A stretch of DNA of 49,629 nt from Spirogloea muscicola (GCA_009602725.1 WELB01000018.1:442149-491777); one strand, 5' to 3'; positions 1-13,309 are shown, counted from the stretch's first letter. Numbers and translations: made by a program. Notes: generated from the letters alone by a model not told the origin.

Positions 1-260
1 GGCCCTCCTTCCCCTTCCCGCCATCCCTCCTCCTGCCACTGCTGCCAGGCCAGGTCGACAAGGCCCTCAGCGGCACTTTTGGCCCTCTCCCCCCTTGCCA
101 TTCCTCCTGCTACTACTGCTGCCTCACTCCTCTAGCAGCTCCAGCAGGACAGGTTGACAAGGCCGCACTTGGCACTTTTGGCCCTCTTTCCCCCCCCCCC
201 CTCCATTCCTCCTGCCACTGCCTCTGCCCCACTCCACTAGCAGCTCCAGTAGCTGCTAGC
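1..260. repeat. Degenerate tandem repeat, ~3 copies of an 80-100 bp pyrimidine-rich unit
   Basis: The unit ggccctc..ccattcctcctgccactgc..caggt(c/t)gacaaggcc..ggcactttt restarts at 1, 81 and ~180. Confidence 0.7.
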
Positions 261-1525
261 TGCTAGCTGCTACATCATGAGATGTGCTTACCTTTGTACT
301 TGGCCATACTGGCCTTCGATTGTTTCAAATACACGAATTTCCTCTTCTCACGCTTTCCGAAGCTGTTTCTTCTTATTTTACCTAGAAACAACCACCGGCC
401 GCTTGTTACAGCTAACACCGGCAGCTTGTTTCAGCTAACAGCGACACCGTGGGCCGCCGGGATCACCACCTGGGTGAAGGGTGATTCGAGACGAGGGGCA
501 AAGCGGCCTCCCCTCCATGGCTCCTCCTCGGACGCCACTCCCTCCTTCGAACACCCACCCCCCTTATTTATGTTGCACCGATCACTCGGCATGTCGGAGC
601 GGGCCTCGATTGACGCGACAATACCCTATGCAATGGGGCTTTTACAGGCCATGCGTGGCTGGCTTGGAGAAGGCAGCGCCGCCAAGCCACGGTCCTCGGA
701 GAGTTCGAATTGGGTTATCCATTGGTCGTTTTCGCACTGTTGAAGGCTGGTGCTTCTGAGCTGGGCCCCCGCCCGGGCTGGACAATGCCACTTCGAGATA
801 TCAGAGAAAGTTGAACCCCCTACATGGGAACGTCTTAATCCATCATCGCCGGCTGCATTGCCACCTGGTAGACTGCGAGCGCCAAGAGTAACGAAGATGT
901 TTCCATCATTCTTGCAGGCACTCTCTCAGGGTGCTGAGCGACCCTAGGACCAACTCTGTGACTTCCAACCTATCTTTTAGTGCTGGTGCACAGCAACGGG
1001 CAGGCTCCTTCCTTTATGTAGCTCTAGGGCAGGACCTGCTGTAGTCAATCACTTAACAAACCTTGCGTCTGCTGCCCAAAAGAGCGTCTGCTGCCCAAAA
1101 GATGGCACTCACACGCTGCCGTAAAGTGCACCTTTCTCCAAATGCTTCCTGCTTCGTGCTTGTAAGTACCCTTTGGCAGTGTAAGTTCCGTCTTAACAAG
1201 TGTTGTCTGTTCACAATCCGTCAACCTTAGGGTGCTCTGCGGTCCTTTTAAATCCACCGTATACTCTTAGATCTTGAGGACTGTACATACATCTCTTAGC
1301 AATAGAGCTACATACATGGCATGTATTGCGGCATCGTGACCAAGCTGCGTCATCCATCAATTTGATGGAATGCATACTTTGTTTAAATAAATTTACATCT
1401 GAAGGAGCTGCACATTGTCGCAATAACGACAAGCCCTGTCAACAGCAGAGCCTGCAAGGGTACATCCTCACGCCCCAGAACCCACCAGGCGGCCGAGAGT
1501 CCACGCTGCAACTTATTCACAGCCT

Positions 1526-3196
1526 CTAACTACCGGGTGACTCTGTGGCCTTGGCCTTGCGGGGCTGCCGCCGCACCCTGCCGAGCCACTTGGACAAGCG
1601 CTGCACCTGCACGAGATCGTGCATCACGCGGCGCGCCTCCGCCACCACCTGCCGCGTGCCAGCCGCGGCACTCACCACCGCTGGTTTCACCGCGCCCGCC
1701 GGCGCGCTCGCCCGCTCCCGCAGCATGGCTGCCCATCAGCGGCGGCGCTTGTGTCCCAGTCAGGCGCTAGCTTGAGCAGGAGCATCCATACAGAGATGAT
1801 ATTGAGGGGAGCTAAAGTCCCATGTCCACCATGAGTTAAAACAAGCACTGTCATGCTGCAGTGAAGAGAAGCCCATATGCTGACTTGTGACATCTGACAC
1901 CATTGACTACTCAAATCCTCGGCCTAAGCTGGGTCATGAGCAGCCTGGCACAAGTAGCAGAGCAGCCTGAGACGAAGTGCCATTGCAATGAGCCCCTGCT
2001 AGCAGGAGCCTCAGGGCACTGTGGAAAGCTGCCGCACCGACAGTCTGAGAGGCGGCAAAGTTGCCCATTCGCCGCAGACCGTCCTCTGCAGCCTGCACTG
2101 CGCGGGCTGAGCCCTTCACGCCCTCTGCAATGTCCTGGCTGCCATGGGCCCCCATGCACGGCTGATGTCAGATGCTGGAAGTGGGGCACTGCCACTGCAC
2201 TCCATTCTAGGGTGAAGGGTTTTGGGTTAGGATATTCCCTTTTGTTTTGGCTGGCATATCATGAGCTAACCTCTTACTGGCGGCCAAGATCGCTGGAGGA
2301 AGCGATGAAGATGCAAGGACTTGAGTTCAGGAGTACATGTCTAGGATAGTCTTCAAGCTCAGGGCACGAAGTCTTAAGCCTGTGCAGTATTTTATACAGC
2401 AACCACCGAGAAGGGACGCATGAGCCGCTGTTGTGCTACGAAGATGAACGTTGTGTGACGTGCGCGCCTGGAAATTGTAAGAGTGCCCTTAGAGCAGTCA
2501 CCTGAGGTCGCTGAGTTCCATTGTCAGGTCGCTGATCTCCATGCCCGAGAGGCGCACGGCCGCCATGGTACCAGGGAGTTCTGCCCTCGCTGTGTCAGCC
2601 AGCTTTTCCACAGACTGCGCGGCCCGCCGAATCGCCTGCAGGGCGCCAAGAGCTCCGCCGCGTCAGCTCGCCAGGAGTCAGACACTGGAATGCAATAAAA
2701 GCATATGATGATGCGGCAAGATTGCATCGCTTGCTCGGAGCGAGCCGTCGCCTGGCGCTTTGCAGAACGAGCGTGGACACTGCAATCCTGTAAGCAACAT
2801 GTGCTAGTGACGCGACCACTGGCCCCTTGTTGGGAGCAACCACAAGCTCTGATCGTTGGCAACAAGGGGCTGTCGGGGGCTCACCCGGAGTGTGGGGATG
2901 GCCGTGAGGAGCAGCGCCGAGAGCGCGCCGGTGGCCTGCGCTGCAGCGCAGCTCACGGCTCAGTGTGCACGGCTTGCGAGCGCAGCGGCTCCCCATGAAC
3001 GTGGCGGCGGCCGTAAGCCTTCGAGGTGTCACACCACCCCAACAAGGGCTTGCTGGGCGTACGCTGGGCCGCTCCGAGCCCAATGCGAGCTGACAGGTGT
3101 ACTCACGGCGCACGCAACGAAGGCCAGGACAGCGAGCGCCGCGCCGCCGGCGGTGGGGCCGAGGGCGGCGCCGGGGGGCAGCGGCGGCGCGACCGA
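1526..3196 (-). CDS. Plant At1g08530/At5g09995-like (DUF948-related) membrane protein, 5 visible exons, 5' end lost at N 3197
   Basis: Spliced GT-AG exons read GGAALAVLAFVACA | ATGALSALLLTAIPTLR | AIRRAAQSVEKLADTARAELPGTMAAVRLSGMEISDLTMELSDL | SQDIAEGVKGSARAVQAAEDGLRRM.. | AMLRERASAP..ESPGS*. The motif LPxTMAAVRLSGMEISDLTMELSDL is characteristic of this plant/cyanobacterial family. Confidence 0.85.
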
Positions 3197-3605
3197 NTAT
3201 CTAGCTGAGCTTAGAGGAAGAGCGTTGCTCTGAAGGGAGCAGGCAACGCACTGTTCTCTCCTTATGAACACCCTCAACACCAAAAGGCTACAGCAGAGCC
3301 ACTGGAAGCGGCATACTTCGTCTCCACAAGCCAACCACTCCTTGCCACCACGCCATGATTTCCTCGCCAACATCAAATTTCAGTCCTGCGTCATTATGGC
3401 ACGAAATTGCTAAGCATAATGCTGGGGCAGCTCAAAGCATGGTTGCGGACTTCTGAGCATGACACTTTGCTTGTCGACGGGATGCAGAGGCAGCAACACC
3501 AGCAAGCGAGCAGCCTGCCCCGCCCCCCCAAGGCCTGCGCAGCGGCTCTGACAAGCGCGCCTGTGACTTACCATACAAGGCGCGGCGCTGCTGACGTTGA
3601 TGATC

Positions 3606-3785
3606 CTATTTGTGGCCTTGTTGCCCCGACTGCCCGCCCCCACCGCCCGCCGCCGCGTTGGTCGCCGCAGCGGCTTGCGCCTTGGCAGGGAAGCTACCCT
3701 TGCCCACATCACCACCGCTCTTGGCTGTGGCCCTCTGGATACGGGACGCGTCTGCGGCCGTCATTGGGGTACTTCCCTTCGGCAT
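3606..3785 (-). CDS. 59-aa intronless SMP (seed maturation protein / LEA D-34)-like hydrophilic microprotein
   Basis: MPKGSTPMTAADASRIQRATAKSGGDVGKGSFPAKAQAAAATNAAAGGGGGQSGQQGHK* in a gcaccATG context. It matches the recalled pattern PMTxxDAxRIQxAxAKxGG..GSFxAxAQxAAxxN of small SMP-like proteins. Confidence 0.7.
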   Translation of the reverse strand: MPKGSTPMTAADASRIQRATAKSGGDVGKGSFPAKAQAAAATNAAAGGGGGQSGQQGHK

Positions 3786-3847
3786 GGTGCTATGCGTCAG
3801 TCTCGCTGCCACCGAAAGCGTTTGATCGCCCGGTCAGCGCCGCCGCC

Positions 3848-3884
<37 letters not shown>

Positions 3885-3957
3885 CAGCGCCCGCCGCTGT
3901 CCTGACGCCCCTGCCGATCCACGGCCTGCGCTGAGACGACGATCCGGGCCTCGGCAG

Positions 3958-5915
3958 GCCGCCAAGCTGCGGTGGCCGGACCTGTGGGGCGCCGCCACGC
4001 CCGCCGACGAGGACTGGATCCTGGCCACCATGCGCGCGGTGCGGCCGGTGGTCGAGACGGGGTACGAGAACCTGCTCCTCGTGCGCCTGCTGCTGGAGAT
4101 GAGCGTCCCCGCCACACCCCGCCGCTGCAAGGTGCGCGCCTCGAAGCGCTGCCGCTGCAAGCCACGCCCTCACGAGAAGGACAGCGCGAGACGTGGGCCG
4201 CGTGGCCCCTGGACCCACAACTTTCATCTCATGCCTTGCGTTCGTCAGCTCAGGGTCTAGGAATCAGGGTTCAGGGTTTGGCAAGGAGGAATACTGCCGA
4301 TGAATGTGGCCTGCCCTTGCTCCTGCCTCAGTGGCTCTCGCTCGGTCGACGCACACGGCCCCTGTGTGGCTGACCTTGCACCCCCACTGCACTTGTGACC
4401 AAGTGTCTAAAGACCCATTTCTCACAACCCCAGGTCATAATACAATGTGGTCCTGAACCTTGGACTGTCCTGAGATGATGACTTGACGACCATCACAGCA
4501 GCTAGCAATGCTGCTGCGGCGCAGGCCTCGGAGGGCCTGTCGGTGGACGACATCTTGAAGGAGTGGGAGGCACGGATCAAGCCGCGCGTCCAGGAGGAGT
4601 GGGGTGAGACCGACACTCAGTCGCTCGTCCACGCCTTCGGGTCCTACCGGGACCACTGGCTGGAGACCGACCTCAAAGGCTGGATCGGCGCCAACCGGTG
4701 CGCCAGCCGCCTCGCCGGCTGCCTTCTCCTGATCCCGTGTTGACGGCCCTCGTGTCAGGCCATGGGCTCATGGCCGACCGGCGCCGTTCAGACCGCCCTT
4801 GACACCGCACTCGCAGATTCTACCCAGGCACGGCCGATGCCCTGCGCTTTGCATCGTCCACCTTGTACATAGTGACGACGAAGCAGGTACTACGGCTTGG
4901 CAGCCATGCCTCTGTCATCTCCCTGGCTGCTTGCCGACGCTGCCAATGCAGCAGTGCCTGGTCATCGATGCGTCTGCGTCTCCGTCTGCAGACGTAGCTG
5001 CAACTTGTCTCAGACCTTACCTTGATCACCATCAGAAGAGTGGCCGATGAGGACTCCAGAGCAATGTTTGGCGGACCTGTGCTTGGGCAGGCGCGTTTCA
5101 CCCAGGCCCTCCTTAAGGAGCTAGCGGGCGTCACGTTCCCAGAGGACTACATATATGGCCTCGGCTCCGGGTGAGAGGAAGCTCCAGGCACAATGAGCAA
5201 TGGACCTCATTGCTGACCAATCACAGAGCACCTGCTAATTGTACTCGTCGCTCTGTTGCATAGTGCTCATTAGCCGCTCCATGAGAGCTGCCGGGGCTTT
5301 CATCTCCGCTGCAGGCCCAAGGTGGAGGTCCTGCAGAAGCTGCAGGCGGCTCATCCCGACTGCAGTCTGCAGTGAGCAACCAACTGAGCACTTTACTCAG
5401 CTCCCCACTTAAGGAACGCTGCTATCCTTGTGTAGCTCATTGAGCCTCTCACAGTTTAAGAATCACACAGGTGTCTAATACAACAGAAGATAGTATTAGA
5501 AATGACTTCAAGAAATAGAAATACAAGCTGTAAGCTTCATTGCAGCACTTGCGGACCTTGTCGCCACGCATTCTGTCTCCTTCTCCCCAGCTTCGTGGAG
5601 GACCGGCTGGCGACGCTGAAGAACGTTATCAAGCGCCCGGAGCTCGACAAGTGGCACCTCTACTTGGGTAACGCACTTCCTTGACTTGATTGTGCAAGAT
5701 CTCACCTCCTGCATTGCTGTTCTGCATAACTTGTGAGTATGAGAGGCACGGAGCATGATTTTGTGATCAGTCACCACACACTATCGGACTGACACCAACT
5801 TGATCTCCACATAGGCACTTGGGGTTACAACACGCCTTCGGAAAGAGAGGAGGCAAACAAGATATCAAGAATTCATGTCATTGACCTGCCGGACTTCTGC
5901 AGCAAGCTGAAATAA
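3958..5915 (+). CDS. HAD-superfamily hydrolase-like protein (At2g45990-like); first exon with the DFDG motif not found
   Basis: Exons 3958-4131, 4525-4697, 4817-4886, 5091-5170, 5315-5371, 5591-5667 and 5815-5915 give AAKLRWPDLW..VRPVVETGYENLLLVRLLLE..WIGANRFYPG..YIVTTKQARF..YGLGSGPKVEVL..HFVEDRLATLKNVIK..LYLGTWGYNT..CSKLK*. Confidence 0.92.
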
Positions 5916-6340
5916 GCTCATTCTTGTAACTTATTTACTACGTCTGGCAAGCAGGAAAAGGGGACTGTCTGTGCAGGAAGTGAGCAATTACATTGACAGC
6001 ACTGCAGATTGCATAAACATAAGAGGGGCTTGCCGAAAGAAAGTGATTGCTAAGCACATGCTGTGTCTCATGTTATGTACATCATGGTGAGCTTGAGTAC
6101 AAGGTTGTGCAACTTGCCAGAATGCGCCTATGCACACTCATGTGCTCTTGCATTTTCTAGTGAATGGCAGGGAGCCCGAGGACAAATGAATGAATAAATG
6201 AAAGTACAGACAATGAAACTAAGTAAATGAATGAGGGTGGTAAGCTAGCTGGTTCAGCCTGGTAAGCTCCCTGGATGCTGTTGTCGCCTGGTTTGACGTG
6301 GCTGCCGGTGCTGCACAGCTAGGATCTGTTGTCAAAATCG

Positions 6341-8723
6341 TCAAGGCGCTTCGGGTATATTGAATCTGGAGGGTCTGTAAGTGCTCGTGGTGGGAAACGA
6401 GTAGCTCCACATAGGGCCTGGAGGATCTGGACCAAGCCAGTCGGATGCGCCAATGAAGCTGTAGTACGTAAACTGGGCCGCTTGCCTGGAGCTCAAGGTA
6501 CGACTGTACGTGCTGCGCGCTGCGGCGCTGTAGCCAGGACCCCAGCACTTGTGCTGCAACAGTGTCAACCAAAAGTTCATCACGAGAGGATCGAAACGGC
6601 ACTGGTTAAAGCTTCACCTAGCTCGCTGTTCTACAGAGGAATGATGATTTCCTGCTATGTTCGGCACCTTATGCAACTGCTACAAGCGTGTCTAGCAGCA
6701 TGTACGAGCACAAAGTACATGTATGTCAACTCATGGCTGGTTGGGCGGGCAGTGAATTCAGGCGGAATCACCAGTGCGAAGAAGATTGACTTGTCTGAGT
6801 CGAAGTCCTTGATGACGCCCCAGCCTGACGGGTCCACGCCCTTATCCAGAAAGGAGAAGGCATATATAGTCCTAGCTGCCGGCCCCCATGCGCGGCCCAG
6901 TAAAGCCTGCATGCAATCATATAGCACCTTTTGACTGCGATGAAGAACGAGTGAAGGCAACTATATTGGGGGTTCGCACCAAGTTTGTGTTACAGAAATT
7001 TCTGGGCAAGCTCCAGAATCTGGATTTGTGCACCAAGATGCTGCACAGTATCAGGCGAAGAGGTCGTCACCTTCCCAGAGCCTGTGATGTTGGAGCGGAG
7101 GAAAACGAATCCGCTTGCCTCACTGGTCGACATGCGCTTCTGGGCAGTGTACGAGCCCCAGTCTTTGGCGAAGAGGGTGCAGCCCTGCAAGTACGACGTG
7201 CACAACTCAATTAGGCTGGTCTTGAACCATAACTTGGGTGACATGGTATAGACACGTTGTTGCTGTTCTTGTTGCAGGTACCTAGATTCTGACTCAAATG
7301 GGTCTGCTAATGGCCCAAAGGTCAGTGACTGTCTAACAACTAGCCCTCCCATCTGTACCATCTCTTCTGGTGTGAGCACTAGCACTGGGCTGCTGGGCGC
7401 AGCCGAGCTTCTCACCTCATAGATGCTCTGGCCGTATCCAAATACGAAGTCCCATGACCCCTCGATGTAACAGGCTTTGAAGAAGTGCCTATTCTGTTCC
7501 AGGATAATGTACCGACACAGAAACTTAATAGCTGGTTACTTCTGGAAACTTTAAGCAGGCAGCACGCAGCTGCAGGCTAGTCTATGCTTGCTGCCGGCTG
7601 ATCCTCGCATGTAATTATGCGACAAAAGCGAGGCTGAACAGTACTTCAGTGCTGAAGGACTGGATGCTGAGGGCAGCGATGAGACAATATGAGGATGAAT
7701 GAGTACTGAGCACGGCGTGGTGTGCACCTTGTGGTCATACAGTGTGTCCTGCCACCCGATGAAGCGGGAGTTGTAGAAGGCAGCCATGTCTCCAGTAATT
7801 CTCAGAGCCACCGCTTGGTCTGTGGTGCTGCCTGCACTCGGCTTGGGGTGGTCGTTCTGTGGCCAGCCGGCAAGACAGCAGAGGCAGTGGCAGGTGCTTC
7901 ATCAAGAGACTGCAGGAAGAGGCAGTATAACCATTCCTTGCGGCAACTGCAGGTCCAGCTTGAGCTGATGATAAGCAGGTCTTCACTCAGTGAAGCATGG
8001 AGGGTAAGAAACAGCAATATAGAAATAAGAGGTACGTCTGTGTTATGGAAGTAAGTAAACGGGGTCTCAAGAACTGAGAGAGGAGGGACGAGGAAGGGGT
8101 CCGGACCTCGATAGTGAGATGGTTGACGATCAGGTTGTAGCCGCTGACGCACAGCGTGCAGGAGCCGATGGTCGAGAGCTCCTCGCCGTCGACCTTGCGG
8201 CCAGCCCAGTCGTTCCACACAATCTTGGTGGTTAACGCGTCTTGCCCCTGCAGCGTTATGAACGACTTGCCCTTGGCAATTGTCACCTTCTCCCTGCAAC
8301 ACAGCGTCCGTTTAAAGGTGCGTTAGCCATTATACGCAGCTTCCAATGGCCACCGTGCAGCACAAGCTTCACTACAAAGGGCGCTCAGGAGCTCATTCAG
8401 AGCACCTCAGAGAGACTTAGCGTTGGGACGTGCTCGCGGGGAGGCCAGCACCTGTACGTGCCGGGCTTGATGAGGATGACAACCCGCTTGGTGCTCTTCT
8501 TGGGCACCGCGTCCACGGCGGCCTGCACGGTCGTGAAGTTGCCACTACCGTCCTTGGCGACGACGAACGCCGGCCCGGTGGTGCTCCCGAAGGCGTCGCC
8601 CCAGCCGGCTGGGACGGCGGTGCGCCCGGACCTCACGACCGCGGCGACGGGCCAGAAGGTGGCCGGCAGCAGCAGCAAGGCCACGCTGAGGGCGGCGAGG
8701 GCGGCGGCGCGGGGCAGCGCCAT
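6341..8723 (-). CDS. PME: Pectin methylesterase (CE8), signal peptide, no PMEI pro-domain; 7 exons
   Basis: Hydrophobic N-terminus followed by VVAKDGSGNFTTVQAAVDAVP, IKPGTYREKVTI, QAVALRITGD, GWQDTLYDH, YIEGSWDFVFG, LLGRAWGP and KCWGPG. All hallmark PME motifs are present, with canonical GT-AG introns. Confidence 0.95.
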
Positions 8724-11488
8724 GGCGGGCGGCGGCCGGAAGGTGGCGGAGGCTCCGCACTTCCAGTTGTGCGGGGTGTGTTTCTCAAGGAAGTATCTGC
8801 GTCCCTGGAGGGCGGGTAATGGTGGGCGGCGGGGCGCGGGGCCCCCTACCTGATGGGACGGCTGGAACCGGCGGACGCCAGGAAAGGGACCCGATGGGAC
8901 CTCTATGTGCTGACTCGTGGTTACTGAGCGGGTCAGCTTAGCAGCAGGTGACGTACATTTGTCCAATGTGCTTGCCTTTGTACTTGGCCACACATGGCCT
9001 CCCCATCTCTTAATGTACACGCATTTTCGATGGGACGGCTGGGAACGGCGGGGACCCGAAAGAAAGGCGCAAGGAGCGGCCTTCTGACGGCGCCGGCGGA
9101 TGGGAACCCGCCCCGCCGCCGGCCCAGGTCAACGCCCAAAACCCGTCGGCCCGCCCCCGGGCTGATCTGGCGCGCGCCGGCAGCCGCCGGCGCGCTGACG
9201 TCAGCGGCCACGCGCGCCGGCGGGCCCCTCCTCTCCACCCCCCCNGCCGCCGCACGTGCGCCGCCGCCCGCCACGCGGCGCAAGCTTGCGCCCGCGCCGG
9301 CGATCGGTCGCGAGCTGCACGTGACTGTCGAGTGGCACGTGCTAGATGACACCCGTCCCGGAAAGTGCCCGCGGCCTGCCGCCAGCACACTGACCACGTT
9401 GGCTTCTGGAAGAGGGGCACCGCGGCGCGGCGCGCCCAGGCCGACGCGTGGCGGGGCGGGCCCGAGGGGCCGTGCGGGTCGGCCCACCGCTGACGGCGCA
9501 AGATCAAGAAAGCGAAGCGCTTGCTGCCGCGCTTGGGGAAGGTGCTGCTCCGCGGTGGCGCTGGCTGAGGTGGACCTGCCCGGCAGAGATTGGGAGTGCC
9601 TGGGGGGGAGCCCCAACAAGAGAGAGAAGGCGCGCGATGAGCATGGATTGGAAGGGAGGCCTACTGCAAGCCAACTCGTTGTTCAGGCAGAAACTAGTGC
9701 AAAATCAGCCCGAACAAGAGGGAGGAAAAGCTTGTCCTTCAAATCTCTTGCATAGCTGTGTAATTTTACCGCCTTTCGGCCCTTTGGCGCGCGCTCTAAG
9801 TCAGGCCACCGGCTTCCATGGCGGCGCTCTGGCTCCCCAAGTAAGCATGTAGGCTTTGCATATGCTCACCCGTGGGTACTCATGTCACACTGTTACATTA
9901 GCCACCTTAGCATAGTGCTTCGATTGTTGAAGCTCTAGCTTTTGCCTGAACAATGTATTGGCTTAAGTTGGCCTACACACTCCATTCCCCTTTCGCCCTT
10001 GTCCATTCTTACTGTGCTGGCGTCTCACAGCCCTCGCCCATTGGAGAGCTTGCTTCTCAATTTCCAAACTCTGGGTCCGCCTGTCACAGCCATCGCTCCC
10101 ATTTGGCAAAGCTCTCTGTCAAGAATGCCCCTTACCCACCCATACACACTCCATTCTACCTTACCCACCCAGAAGGAAGCGGTGGCCGGGCAGGGCCAGC
10201 CCATCGATTCTTTAAGATTCACCGGGAAGATAGCCCAACACGAGAATTACCAATTACTCAGTACAACAGTTGGCGACTCGGCTTCTAATGAGAGCCGGTT
10301 ATTATCACATTGATAACAATTGCAAGACCGCTGTGAGGCACAAATTGCTACCTCCCACACCTCTGGGTTCGCCATCCACAAGCACCGCTTTCAGGAACAT
10401 TCCTTGCCAGTGTTGCCCCGTTCGGTTGACACAGTAGACTGGTGCTATCAACACAAACACATGTGTGCCTTCCCATGATAGTCCTTGGACAGGAAATTGC
10501 TCTTGATATGTTCTCTGCCAGGCAGGGTGGAGTGCTCTCCTTGTTGAAGGGCCGAGGTGCTTCCCTGTAGACCTCCAGTAAAGAGCTCAACTTCAGTCTT
10601 CCAAAACACATACATGGTTGAGAGGACCATTCCCTACTGTAGAGGAGCATTCCCTACTGTAGAGTGCAGCCCCCGACTCGTCGAGCTTTGATCTGCTCAG
10701 TCTTTGAGTGCCACTCAATGGGGTTGCTTTCTGTCTTATACCTTTTTGGAATATGCTGCAAGACTTATCTGTGCGCTTCTGATGTATGCCCGCCTTTGTT
10801 CCTCATTCAAGTGGAAGCCCATTCATGGCAGCTCCTCTACTGAACTATATTAGTTTGTGGTAACCTTCAGCCATGACCCGCTAACAAACATTGACCACAG
10901 CAGCGTGTGCTGCTGACCACAGCAGCATGTGACAATCAGCTTCAAGGTGTAAAGAGTACCTCCACATGAGCTTGTGTGCCACTAAGTTGCATCTATGACT
11001 TCGAAACTCAGAAAACTCACGCTCGCTATGCGGCCAACGTATCAGACAGTATACTTTCCACTCGTTCGTGCTGATGGCTTGCCATTGTCTAGGCTTAAAA
11101 GTAAGCTTTTAGATAGTCAGCGGATTCTGAAATCCTTTCTCCTAACCACAGGTAAAGACATCAAAGGGAGTCCCTCATCGCCAATCATAAAATTGGAGGA
11201 TTTCTGTCGTACCTCCAGTATCTCCGATGCTTCAAACCACGCATCTAATAGGCAAATGCAGGTGTGCGCAGAGATGACTATGGAGGCGATGCAGGATATC
11301 TGTTAGCTCTGCTTGAGGTGTATTCTTAAGGGGAACACAGTGATGGAGCTTGACAACATGCATCCTCGATTGTGAGACGCTCTGCATGCAGTTGAACAAC
11401 AGACCCTTGGACCTAAAGCTGATTACTTATCAGCGCAACTTGGAGTATAGAACACAAATGTGATAGCTCTGCATGCTGATGGCGATTC

Positions 11489-12998
11489 TCAGTGGTGAGC
11501 CCCTGGTTGGCCCCCTTCTCCCACAACTTTGAGCTGCAGCATGACAAGCAACCTTTCAAAAAGCAGTGCAGCCCAGCATTGTTGGTGCCTTAAGTAACGG
11601 TTGGGTTACCTTGAGTAAGGAATAACGTGCAATAACTCCTGTACAGGATCGCACTTTGCTGCCTAATCCACTAAGGCTTCTCTTGCTCTAAAAATTATAT
11701 ATCCAAGCTTTCTCACGGGCAAAAGTCCTATCCTATTGCAAATCCCCTCCTCTAACAACGTTAGATCAACAAATCGACTGTGAAGGCAATGTATAATTGA
11801 AGTAAGCGAATAAGTGAATTGCGAATCCGCACCTCAAAGATCTGAGTGCACACAGGGCATTCGTGGCGGACTCCTTTTTTTAAATGAAACCATATTACAT
11901 CGTGTTCATCATCTGCTGAAGGAGCGCGCAAAGAGAGTGGATTCATCAAGCATTGCAATGCACGCTGTCAAATAGAATGTGCACATGCACATAGTAGTGT
12001 GCTCGGTTTTCTTGAGGTGGACTTGATACATGGCCATAATGTCGAAGGCTTTGCTTTTCGTAGCTTGGGGAAGCAGGAGCTAGCACCATATAAGTCGCGG
12101 AGCTCTTCTATTGTGGACCATTCTCATGCATGCTTTGTAGGAGTTCAGCATACGACAGGTGCACACATACCAGCAAGGCCACCCGAGCAGCCCACTATTC
12201 GCTCATCATATTGAGATTCAACATGGGCAGGAGCATCCTGTGATGAACATGGTGGATCCATTTTCAGTCCAACAAGCAGTCTTGACAATGCATCACTATA
12301 GATAATATAGAGAGGGCATACTGCAGTTGCTCATGACCACATTCGTGGTTACTTGACAGACAAGTGCCGTTCAAGTAAAGGCAAAGCAGAGAGCTTGAGG
12401 GACACCTCTGTGCCAAAGGGCCCCCTGGGTGGGGCTGTTTCGAAGCGCGAGGTGCCCTGGGCCGCAAGCAGAACACACATTGTCACATGATTACTTCAAA
12501 AATACTGTAAGAGTGAGGCCTTTGAAACAGTGCGAACATTGTAAGAAGCTGTGATCAGCTTGTGCATCATTGACTCCTTAGTTGGGCCATCGGCTTGTCA
12601 GTGGGCTGAATACCTCTAGTTCGGCCTCCAGCTCTTCCCTCTCGAGCCCGGTGGCGTGCTCAAACTTCTCCGTCAGCTCCGTGCCTGCACAGCGCTGTGC
12701 TGCCGGCCAGGTCAGATCGAAGCGATTGCAAAGAGCTGCAGGCTTGCTGAGACGACGATGAGCATCCCGAGCCGCTCGAGCTCCGCCGCAGCTCGGCTAA
12801 CGACATTAGGTGAAGCCGGAGGAGGCTGACTCTGCGCGCTGGCAGAAGCAGTGGCGAGGCCTCGCGGCGCGTGCCGCCAGGCGGGGGACAGCGGGCCCCC
12901 GGCGGCGTGATCGCCGCCGCCACCTCCTCTGCGCTTGCCGCCGACGGCGGCCGCTGCCGGGGCGCTCGGCCGATCCTGACGCCCGCGGCGCGCATCAT
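11489..12998 (-). CDS. COX5B: Cytochrome c oxidase subunit 5b (mitochondrial)
   Basis: Exons read EHATGLEREELEAELE | GTSRFETAPPRGPFGTE | DAPAHVESQYDERIVGCSGG | DDEHDVIWFHLKKGVRHECPVCTQIFE | LKVVGEGGQPGAHH*, including the Zn-binding Cys pattern. The boundary of the first exon is uncertain. Confidence 0.93.
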
Positions 12999-13309
12999 GG
13001 CGATGGCGGCGGCGGGGCGCTGGGCCGCCGACCGGCCTGATTGAGCTTCAGGGAGACCGGGCGGCAAAGAGGGGCTCTTCCAGGAGACGGCGATGGCTGT
13101 GATTGGCCAGCCCAGAGGGGAAAATAAACGAAGGCGCCTCTGTCAGTCAGCTTGTCGGTTTCGTATGTGCTCCCCGTTGCTTACTAACGTCACACTGTAC
13201 CTTAGCCACCTTACCACAGGCTTCGTTTCAAGTAGCCCCACTATTCAGCACTTCTTTTCGGCTTGCGCGGCGTGCTGTGTCCCGCAGGCGCGGCGAGCCG
13301 GCTGACTTC

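Noticed and set aside
282..947. 153-aa ORF or possible structured RNA
   Set aside because: No family motif, splice pattern or RNA signature that I can support.
8933..9852. Several 130-250 aa Arg/Pro/Ala-rich ORFs
   Set aside because: GC-rich promoter region with an N break; no recognisable domain.
10100..11400. ORFs between PME and COX5b, with short tandem duplications (10628-10663, 10892-10930)
   Set aside because: No recognisable product; the duplications look like neutral slippage.
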